Assembly: GCA_002633005.1 (NCBI GenBank) | Contig: NMRA01000352.1 | Location: forward strand, 230,626-294,625 | Direction: 5' to 3' | Length of the DNA: 64,000 nt | Source: Phoronis australis | Taxonomy: Eukaryota > Animalia > Phoronida | Part shown: one piece after another, positions 53,245-64,000 of the stretch | Layout of the letters: each line of letters opens with the position of its first letter | Numbering within the stretch: the stretch's first letter is position 1 | Notes under the pieces: generated by a model | Databases searched by the model: none | What the model was told of the DNA's origin: nothing | What the model saw: the letters and a program-made list of their open reading frames with translations, nothing else | Program-made: the position numbers and the translations under genes

Positions 53245-53593
53245 ATCTGTTTTATAGAGGTAATCGATGATCCTATGATGAAATATGATTCGGTAGAATT
53301 GTAATAATACATGCACTCATCTCGAAAACATGTGATCAATTCTCAAGCAATTGACACACTATAATGGCAAAACGGTGGAATTACGTGGTCAATTTCAAAA
53401 AAAGTAAAGCATTCTGTCTGATACTGGGTTAGCAGGGATTAGAAATAAGCGTAGTAGGCCTAACTGCTAAAAACGTTTGTTTAAGGTCGAGATTTCTTTT
53501 CACCAGTAACAACTATAACGAGGAAATAAGAAAACAAATATTTATAAATTTTTGTGTGAACAAATACATGTACGTAATATGAATGTAACTCAC

Positions 53594-56500
53594 CTCCACA
53601 CGTAACTGAGTAATTCTGAAAATGCCGGGTAAACTGCAGTGAGGACATGGACCATTATAGGGCAATGGCTAGAAGACAGAGATGAAATATGATCCGTTAG
53701 TGACGGCCGTCCCGCAGAAATAACCAGTTTTATTCTAGAGGTTTCCTACAAACTACTCAAGAAAGCGACGACCTCTTAAGGGACCTTTCAAATATGTGCA
53801 TGCGACTTTTTGCGTAAGTAACTTGGTGGATTAGATGAAACCGTGTTTCTTCCAGGTCAATAAAAGAGTTAAAAAACACTAGACATGGACCAGTGACCAG
53901 AATTATCCCGTAAAAATGTGCAAGATATTTTTGGTTTAGGGAAGGCAGTGTGGCCTAGTGGGTTGAGTATCCGGCTCCTGTTCACGAGTCCCATCAAACC
54001 CCAATGCTTGACCCTTGAGTCAGCTCTTTAGCCCCAACCCCAAGCCCGGTTTTAAGTTGCTTGTATGTCTATAACGGTGATGTATTCATTGATAAATGAA
54101 AATGGTTTCAGGTATTTGGTGCAATGGTTCCAGAAGAACAGCCTGCGCACGTCTTGTGCAACGTGCATCGGACTACCTGCATTATTTTTATTTGTCGAAC
54201 CAGATGGTCTTCAAGTCATGTTGCATGGTACGTTTTCCGATTACATTCTCATCAGATACAGTCATTCCTTGGAATGGCAATATTGTGCGACTAACCAGCT
54301 ACTGACAGTTTCACACTGGCACATGCGGTCCCAATCTGAGTGGAAGGACAAGGTTCAGTGAGGTCGAGGTTACCTGGTATTTCCGTAGATAAGCCCATGG
54401 GCGTGTATTCGGAAAATGAAAATTTTGAGGCGTTTTAGCAACACCAAATAAACGCCCGGGCGTTTATTCGGAAAAGGGGGCGTGTAAACGGAAAGCTATT
54501 GTTTTGCTTGACTTGACACTCTTTTACATAAAACTACGTTTTTAATTTTTTGTTAATAAATTCATAGTTCGCCAACGCTCGTTTTTTATAAATGATAAAT
54601 GCTCCAAAAAACTGAATTTGTGACAAAAGTTGACGCTGATTGGGCTTTTAAGAGGAAAATTTCCAAATAAATGTCCCACTGTCTGTACACTTGACACCAC
54701 AAGTTGTAACACCAAATAAACGCCCATGGGCGTGTATTTAGCATAATTTTCCGAATAAACGCCCATGGGCGTTTCATCGGGTAGACTTATCTACGGAAAA
54801 CCCCAGTACTCAGTTTTTAACAGGACATACTTAGCTGTTTGAGGAGGCAGTGTGGTCTGGTGGGATAAGTGTCCGCTTCCTTTACCCTAGGGTGAGGGTT
54901 CAAGTCCCAACTGGTGCTCACTACTATACCATTGAGTCAGGTCTCTAGCTCCTCAGCTCGATTTTAATTAAAAATATTAAGAAAGAATAAAAATGAGTCC
55001 AGGTGATTAGTTCCATGGGCCCACATGAGCGGCCTGCGCTGTACTAGACAGTCTGCAATCGTTTTTTATGCCCACTGTAGCTGTTTCATTTTGTGTGAAA
55101 TCGTTAGGCTTGATTTATTTGTAAATTGACTGGTTAGTCAAATATCTGGGTGACCTTTCTTTCTCTGCTGTTTAATGTAAGCTGAATATAGCCGTTTGAA
55201 CACACGGAAATGCAAAATACTTCAAAGTATTGTAATACATGTAGTCGCGGAAACAAATACTACCACAGCGGCACAATTGTAAAATAAAACCGAAATCATG
55301 CTCACAAACTAACGTTCATTGTCCCACAACACTTGTATGGCATTAATGGTGTCAAAATCCATTTTCAAATTTACCTCATCATGTAAAATACACCGTATCC
55401 CTGGACGAAAATGCCAAGCAACGGAAATCCAAAAATTAGCATCAATATTCCAAAACACATAATTCTGTGTCCTTCCAAATTCATCATTTCGTTTACCAGT
55501 GATTTGAATTTAACAAAACCACACGCATAAACGAGTCCAACAAGAACGGCTATCTGAAAGAAAAAAGAGAAATATCTTATTGAATGGGGCTTATTTCTCG
55601 AACACTGGATCTTTTAGTCGTTCTTCTATCCAGCTTGAAACAGACTAACAAAAAAGGGTTCACAAAACAAGGTTTTCCTATGCACACAGAAACCAAAAAA
55701 CTGGAAGAGTTTAACGCCATTTTCGTCTTCCAAATTGGCAAAAAAATTAATCCTACACACAGATACTCTTCTAAGCCTATTGCACAAAAGATCGATTCGT
55801 CCACTATGTAACCTCTGTTTACATCATTGGCAGAAGCAAGCGCAAAACACATACAAAATATGACTGTTCCTGAGTAACAAAATTAGGCTACACTGGCCTT
55901 GGGTGGGAAGAAAACTGGACGTTCGTAAAGAAAGGATGCGTCTAAACATAGGAAAGACAGACAAGAAATGGAAAGGACAGGAAGGCAAGACACACAACAT
56001 GGAATGACGGAAATGACTGAGCGTAAGAATGGATAATGGTTGATAGGAGTGGAGCCTTTGTTTTAGCGCCGAATCCAAACATTCAATCAATGTTAACTTT
56101 TGAAATCGTAAGCGGTACACATCGTAACGAAGTCACGAAATGAACAAGGCACATGAAATTTAATTTTCTAAAAGCATGTAGTATATCGCGAGTGCTGTGA
56201 CCACACGTTTTGGCGAACCTGGCGTCAGCGGCTGAGAGAATGAAAATTTGCCAAATCATTTTAGTTGGAAAACTTGCACTTTCTCTCTTTCTGTCGATCA
56301 CCACTCATTCTATCGCCACTCATTTCACCGACCTTCCGGTCTCAGCCATATGCACCCACACTTCCACCCACTCCTCTACTCTCCGGTAACCACCACTATC
56401 ACTGCTCTTCACCGGTAACCACAATTTATACACACACAAACATCTCTCGCACCAATTTCACCCGTCCCAGTTGCCACCATTCCTCCCCGCGTAAGGAACT

Positions 56501-59500
56501 TGTTCCTTTTCTGAGTATTGCGGCTGTCGATACAGCTTCTCAAATGTTCTTCTCGTGTTTTTTTTTCCGTTGGATACTACACTATATAGATTTTCCTTGT
56601 TTTGCTGGTATTAACCACCAATTCTCAAATCTTGGGGGGAGGCGGCAACTTAAGGTCTATGAAGACAAACCACACGCGACACGACAGGATGGAAGAGAAC
56701 CAATAACCGGATGCCACTGATTGCAAATTATCTCTTCTTTGCTTTAAACGAGTAGTTACAAGTTACTAATCAGAGCTTTGGTATCATCTTGTTAAATTTT
56801 CCAAAAGGTCACGATCAGTTACTTCTGCAGATACCATTACCAAACAACATCATGATATTAAAATAAGAAACTGTACCCTTCTCTAGGCATTGTATACACA
56901 CATCATATAAGCAAAATTACGTACTAGTGCAAAACGCTTAAACGTCCATAAACATCTACTAAGCGTGATAGCGTTAACACCCCGGATTTGCTTTGTAACT
57001 CAACTGGTATGCAAATTGTTCGGTAAATCAAAAGATGCTACGATTCAGACAGAATGACAAACAGAAAACAAGGCAAGTTCAAAAATACTAATCAAGCACA
57101 AATGAAGCTCAATTGTCGCATAGTGTGTCGCCCAGAGATTAACGTCGCGCACCAGAGCATTCACTTCTTGAACATTGCATGAGTGCATGGTACTTGAATT
57201 CGTACAACAAAATAATATCGAAATACTTTGCGTCTCGAACCCCCCCGCCCCGAAAAACAAGATCAACTTGGAAGATGAAATTTGGCCGGATGCATCTCAA
57301 TGACGCAGCAATGTTAGCACGAACATTTGTCAAAATCAACGATTCGTTATTTTGTTGCAAAAAATTGTAAATACATTGTAGTATTGTTGTTGATGAGAGC
57401 CCTTAGTTTAGTTTTCCATGTCGTGTCCTGTAAGTTGACAGAGTCATAATGCCACTTCAAAAAGTGACCCGCCGGAGACACAATAATAGGATTTCAAACC
57501 TATGTCTAACATTTTAGGGAACAAAGAACTATTCATGCTTTTCTAGGAAACGAACAGCCTTACTAAAATTCCGGTTAGTCTAGTATGATTCAAAGGCAAT
57601 TAAGATGACTATGCAACTACTCCCAGCGAAGACCCTGCCGTTACCAATAATGCTCACACTTTCAGTCCATATGGCAAACTGCTCAGACTACTGGTATCCA
57701 TGCGCGCATCCAGCCTAAAATGTGGAGGGAGCTCAAATTTTTGAGAATGTGGACCTTTTTCTAAGAAAACGGGGTACGTTCAGAGCTACTGTGATTTGAG
57801 CATCTGCCATTTTAGTGACTTTTGTCTCGTTTTCTACTTTTTCGAACTTTTTGTGTCTTTGAGGCCGACCTTTTTGCCCATTTCGCCACTTGGGAGGACT
57901 CGAACGAGCCCCCCCCGAGCCCCCCTGGGTGCGCGCATGGTATATTTATACAGTTTTAACTCTTGATGTATTTTGACAATGAGTCGACACCGTGTAGATG
58001 TAGGTGAAAACAAACTCCAAGACACTGTGGCAACATTAGCTGTGTGACCTTCGCTTCTATCACATGAAGCCATTACCATCCGATCTGGGTGCAACTTTAA
58101 AGTAACGACATAGGCCAACATTGTCGCCTGGTTCGATCTAGTGAAATGTACAGTCGGTCTCAACTAAAGCCTCAGCTGAAAACGATTCACTAGCGACCAA
58201 CTGTGGCAGCGCTGCCTGAAAATGCTCAATTAAACGAAAGCCAAACAGTATCTCCTTCCCATTGCTTACCCCGCCTTTCCCATTCCTTTTCATCCTTCCC
58301 GTTCGAAGGTCATTCCTTACTTTATTGCATCACTAAACCAGTAATTTTACCGAGGTTTTGGTTAGTCTGACAACTGCAAGCCTCATAATAGCGGCACAAG
58401 AAGATACCACTTGCCTGACCAATAGACTGCATCACTGGATTGAATAGGAAGAGTACGCCGAGGAGTGTATTCGCAAATACTACAGCCGCCATCCCAAGAC
58501 ATATCTGGAATCGTAGACTGAAATCAAAATAGACCGCAATCGTAACTGGTTTTTGTTATTTAGCACAGAAAAAAGAACATAGAGTGGACAAAAATTACAA
58601 CGCGTGAAAGCCAAGGGGTGACGGCTTCTTAAACTGACAAATATCTGCACCGAAAGATTAGATGGGCCAAACATGGCATGTGATATTCAGGAGAATTTAA
58701 AAGAGGGGTAGTTTTCATACCCTACAGCTGTACAGCAGTGCGAAAGTATACATCACAGGCAAAGATACACCTCAATAATAGCAATACTTGAATTAAACTT
58801 AGGAAGCGATACGAGCCAATAGTACCGTCCTGGATTACACTGCGACACTCGAATCTAGCTGGTCTTACCCACAATGCCGCAAATATTCGTCAGTCACATT
58901 TGCTGTCTTGTTTACTGTCATTGGAATTCCACACGTTATTTTTGTTGTTTCTGATACTCTATTCGTCCTTCCAACGCTAACAAAGTTTTACTGGTAGTGC
59001 TGTGGGCTGCAACTCTGCCATGAAAAAATTTAATAACTGGACAAATACCCGTGGAAGCGTGATGTGAAGCTCTTCGCCTTCCCGATGTCAATGAGAGACA
59101 AGTACATGTCCAGCAACTGGGTCAAACAAATTCGACGGATTAAATTTGAACGGAAAAGACAGAATTATCCTACTTGAAGATACCCGTTCAATTCCGGTAC
59201 TACTGAACGGCTGAAATTCTGATTTTTACACCGCTCTTTGCCGATTTCCGACATGATCTGCGAAAACATGCCTGATTTCCAACACGAGGTCACGCGCTTC
59301 CTTATTTCCGTGTAATCAGGGACGGCCCTATTGCTGCGAATAAGGAAAATATTCAGGTGGCCCCTAGGGGCATCCCGGCGTATTCCTGTTGGGACTAAAT
59401 CTCGAGAACGCGAAGTATGAATTATTAATCGAGAGCGATGGGCTGGTTGCAGAATAAAGTTGAAAACTTTGAAGAAAAATAATTGCTTTCAACTTCTAAT

Positions 59501-62500
59501 ATGACATATACGTTTCCGAAAGTGTTTCATCAAAAACTATTATTCGAAAATGGGCCTACAACAAACGAAGATGACAATCCAGCTGAAAGTAATCGGCTAG
59601 AGCTAGATTACGGTCTTGAAATAGAGAGTATTGAATGTGTACGTCCTGATACTGATTTCTTGTTCAAAAAATGGACACGCGACGTTTGCAGAATCACAGT
59701 CGCTCACTTTCACGGCATAATGCTAAGGGAAACAGGCATCTCCGAAGATTTTGTAATAGTAGAGCACAGAGGGGCGTTTCGTGACAGAGATTCGTTTAAG
59801 TATTTAAAAGGATCGTCGCTAACTTTATGAAAATGGAAACAAGTAATTGCGTAATTATTTTGGCACTAAAAATTAAAGCGCGCTGTCCAAAACACCCCTA
59901 CCTAAGGAATAACACGAGAGATCAGGCCTGTGAGCGAGCAATGGGATACGTCTGGAACACGCATACAAAGGTCGATGAGGAGGAAGTAATATATGCCCAC
60001 GTGAGAAGATTTCTGCCCTGAAACTGAAATATAATTTCCGTATTCTAACTCAAACATAGCTTTGATATTTTCTGGTCTACCGGCGAGTGCATGACGTACA
60101 GATAGAAACATACTCACTCGCTTTGGAAGTTGTATAAGTCTCTGAGACGGTAAGCATGATATCTGGAAGCAAAATAACGTATCCATGACAAATGTAAAGA
60201 GAATTTGAGAAAAACAAAAACAAAAACAAAAAACAAGGAGTACAGCTTTGAGTAAAATCGACAAAAAAGATTAACCTAATTTCTTTTTATGTGAAATTTA
60301 TCTTTTGCAAGGAACGAAGTGCACAGGTACGCTACGGCAAGGGTGTGGCATGAATATGCAATGCCAGTGATGAATTAATGGAAAATCTTCTCTCATCCTG
60401 CATTTTACGTTATCGTTTCCTTTTATTCTAGATATGTTGCTTACCCTGCTATCCCGATTGCTCCAGACAGCAACATTAAAGCGCCAATTACTGGACCAAA
60501 CATTGCGCAACCCAGTGCGGAGGCCACGAGTGCCAGGAGGCCCTTGCCATTGACGAAAGACCTGATTCCAACGAAATTTACAACCGCCGCTAGCAATGAC
60601 ACCTGAAAGAAAGAAGTAATTGTATGTTTCCTGGCCAAACACAACATGATTGATTTAACGAATGCAGGTTCAGGGTTTCAAAAAGTTGCCGTTTCTTACA
60701 CCACAATACATGTATCTATAAATGTCCAGGTGTGGGGTGGCGGGCTACCACAATTTCGAAGGAAAACACCAGCCAGCGGTGGCTCTAAAGCCGTATGAAG
60801 ACAGCTTTTTGACCGTGACCTCCCCAAATTTATCCTCGAAGTGCCAGCGAGTTAAGCAAGGTTACTGGAATTGTCTACATCGATGTGCAGACATTTTTCA
60901 CAAATAAAACGCATTAAAGAGGGGGAGGGGGTTAAGGGTCTCAAGAAAATGTTTCTTCAGTGATACGCTACGTTACGCTCTCTGGTATTACTTGTTTTCA
61001 GTTGTACCTTATCGTGGTGAACTAGGAGTTTGTACACTTTGAAACAACATAGTCTCAAAATTCAAACCGTTCTGTCACAGACCCTGTTGTAATTACAACA
61101 CGACGACTGCAATACATGTTTATAGGGGATCTAAAGTTCACAACATTAAATTTTATACCAATCAATGTACCGTTAAGATCCAACCGGGATGTGTAGAATC
61201 GCAGATTTTTTTCTGTCAATAACAAGCAGACACTTCAATCTGATTGGTCACACAGAAGGAGAAGGACAACACATTGAGATACAGTAACCATCTCAAACGA
61301 TAAAGTTTCGAATTTATTTCAAGATATCACCATCACGCAGTAACAACACACCATGACATCAATGTCATATTTATCTCATTGGGGGAAACTGATCAACGCC
61401 ATCTTGAGGCTTGGAGACGAGGTTGCGCATGGTGAGCATTACCTTGTGTTGCCTTTTGCCAGATCGGCAGAGTTCAATAAATATCACTTGCAATTAAAGC
61501 GAAGATTTTATGCAGCATAGTGGAACGGAAACAGTGAATTCAATCCCACAATTCATCAGTTCAACTTCACCAACCAATCACTTCAGTGACCTCCATTTTG
61601 TTAGGATAGGAAAAGAGCTCCAGAGCATACTACGTAAACACTCGCTCTTCACTCTCGTCATTTTTTATGGTCTTGCATTTTCCCTGAGCAAAAAATGCCT
61701 ACATGTACGAAACACTCTAACTAAATTACATTGCACGTACACGACCAAGTCTTGAGGCTCACCCTTGTGGTATGTTACAACGTTAGGAGAAATTCCAGTG
61801 GCTCATACCAAGGAGTTTCCTATAGTAGTTATCGTGCCGCCCAGTAGCGTATGAGCAACGTCAAATATGAAGCGCGGGAACAATGGGGGAAGAGCGCCTT
61901 TTGCAGCTATTTTTACGTTTCCTAAGGAACTGACTTGTAATCATTGGTGATTGTAGTGGGAGAGTGGAGAGTTTTCCTTGTACCGGCATGTCACTAAGAA
62001 ATTACGAAATGCTGTAAAATTTGATGCGAGAGTGCATGAAAATAGGTTACAATGTTGTGCGCGGAAGTGATGAATTGCCTTGCTTTCTTCTTCTTACTTA
62101 TGTAACACCAGATGAATAAAACAATTATCTGTATTGCTAATAGCCTGGCGAATTCAATAGGGAACACATGCGAAATTGTTGGGTAGAAACGAAAGCAGCA
62201 GTGGAGTTGGGAGCACATTTTGAATGAAAAGTTGGAAAATGCCCAAGATAGTACAGACCTAACTAAAAGGGCGTGGCCACCAGCCATTATACAAAAGTCC
62301 TTTGGGGCATGCATGCACAAAACGAGGGCCAAATGTTATCACCACCTTAGCACAGGTTGTTAATGGTCAGTGCATCTACCAACCAAACCGTGGCGCTAGG
62401 AGGGCCTTATCACCCATGTGGAACACAGCTTGGTTTTTATCTGTTTAGCACTCCTCTCATATTTACCCCCTGGGAGGGGGTCAACACCCATTTGGCATCC

Positions 62501-63436
62501 ACTCGCATCTGGTTTTTACCTGTTTTGTACTCCACTCATTTACCCCCTGGGAGGAGGTCAACATCCATTTGGCACCCACCGTGTTTAGCTCTCCTTCCAT
62601 GTACCCCTTTGAGAGGGGGTTGGCACCCACTTGCACTCCTCTCATGCACCCCCTGGGAGGGGGTCAACACCCAGTTGGTGCCCACTTAGTTTTACCTCTT
62701 CAGCATTCTTTCCATGTACCCCTTGGAAGGGGTCAACAGCCATTTGGCGTCCACCTGGTTGTTGCCTGTTTTTCACTACCCCATGTACCCCCTCCCGCTG
62801 TCACCTGGGGGCAGCTGCACCGTGAACCCACAGGACCAATTACTAAAATTGTGTAGTCCATAGAGGTATCAAATGTAAATAGGAACGTTAATTTGCCTGA
62901 TTAAAAATTCAAACATGAACCAAAGCCATGACTTTTGAAGGGAGTTTCAAGAGAATGAAAACAAAAATCTTACAGTCCACACTTTAAAATATTGACTTTA
63001 ACAAACATTTTCATTCTCATTTGGTTACAAGTGAATGTAAATATACTTATTTTACCCACTGTTAATCACGCAGTATATTTACTGCACGACGAAGTCATTA
63101 AAGGATGATTTTATTAGTCTTCACATGGTTCGGATTCGGTTGGTTTTGCTCAATCGCCACTTGGACGCTAGTTTTTTCGACCGATAACCATTGCTGCGAA
63201 TGGCAAGATGGCGGAGTGGGAGCTCATGGTGTACTACACTCCTTGCTTATACTCACAGCGCATTCTTGTAGTTCCATGAGTCACGACTTCTCGCATCCAG
63301 ACTGCGTTGAACACGGTTATAAGTCCATGAACTTACCATGCCAAGAGAGAACATTGTTCCAGCCCAGAAAAGAAGACCCAACGCCGCAGCTATGAGCCCC
63401 ACTGCAGCTAATGCCTTACTACGTTGGGCGGTTTGA
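53594..63436 (-). CDS. Tandem (double) Got1/Sft2-like membrane protein, gene X; 5' and 3' ends not identified
   Basis: Exons 63436-63337, 60602-60445, 60162-60118, 58517-58415 (GC donor), 55553-55375 and 53668-53594 are phase-compatible and open. They are exon-for-exon paralogous to gene Y (158/158, 45/48, 103/103, 179/176 nt). The 179-nt exon IAVLVGLVYACGFVKF...FGILMLIFGFPLLGIFVQGYGVFYMM matches the GOLT1 pattern and its phase 0-to-2 exon as recalled. Confidence 0.72.
54371..54809. mobile_element. MITE-like element with long imperfect TIRs
   Basis: TTTCCGTAGATAAG ... CTTATCTACGGAAA ends, with repeated palindromic AAACGCCCATGGGCGT motifs. Confidence 0.6.
54841..55040 (+). mobile_element. tRNA-derived SINE-like repeat
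   Basis: A-box TGGTCTGGTGG and B-box GGTTCAAGTCC; homologous to 22201-22410. Confidence 0.6.
62440..62800. repeat. Degenerate minisatellite (CCCCTGGGAGGGGGTCAACACCCATTTGGCA core)
   Basis: About five imperfect units visible, in an intron of gene X. Confidence 0.75.
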
Positions 63437-64000
63437 CTACAAATACAACAGACAATACACGTTTCTCAGATTACAACAATGGAGAACATCCCTGCCTTAG
63501 GGCTAATTTCCATTAAACTCATCGCACTTATTTTTTAGTTCGCAGTGGGATTTTAAAAGATTGAGTGCACTTTTTATAAAAAATAACCCACAGTAAACAA
63601 CCTGGGCAAGAAGTGCAAGACATCAAGATGTGTCGAGTAGAATCTAAGAAAAGTAATTTTAGATTTCTGTTTAAAAACAAGTTTTGAAAAGTTAATCAAG
63701 TGCTCTACTATAATGTTGAGGGACACCATAGGCGGATCTAGGGGGGAAGGGGGCCAGGCCCCCCCTTGGCTACCGCACTACAAAACAGCAAGAGCGTAGG
63801 GAAATGGTGAGTTTATTAATTAACCCCGGTAATAAACATTATACGGCGGAAACAATATTGAAATGTGTGCAGTTTTAGTGTGTTTGGGGGGGGGGGGCTC
63901 AGATCCAATTTCAAGTGTCAAATTCGGATCACGGCTCAATCGTAACGGAACTATGGATAAGTATAGGCTCTCCCACAATATCCCTGGCGACCGGCAGTGG

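Noticed and set aside
53940-54040. tRNA gene (also 22201 and 54841)
   Set aside because: Pol III box-like motifs are present but there is no cloverleaf. The shared downstream body indicates a SINE.
59902-60017. Exon-like segment in gene X (AEIFSRGHILL...)
   Set aside because: It ends in phase 1, incompatible with the next homologous exon, and has no counterpart in gene Y.

Overview
Eukaryotic, intron-rich invertebrate DNA. A marine deuterostome is my inference from gene and repeat style only. Contents: (1) U2AF1/U2AF35, from coding exon 2 to the stop, on + (2459-9884). (2) A very large modular metallothionein on + (14005-20579; 11 coding exons, ~324 aa, 98 Cys) built from tandem phase-1 exon modules, behind an MRE/TATA promoter. 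(3) A shorter, partly eroded tandem paralog (26861-31653) from a ~10-12 kb segmental duplication. (4) Two paralogous minus-strand genes, reconstructed by hand from small exons, each apparently encoding two tandem, divergent Got1/Sft2 (GOLT1-like) membrane domains, plus a relic 3' end of a third copy. (5) Many non-autonomous transposons (hAT, Kolobok-like with THAP relics, DINE/Helentron-like, MITEs, tRNA-derived SINEs), microsatellites and a 471-nt assembly gap. All protein family calls are from recalled sequences, not database searches.
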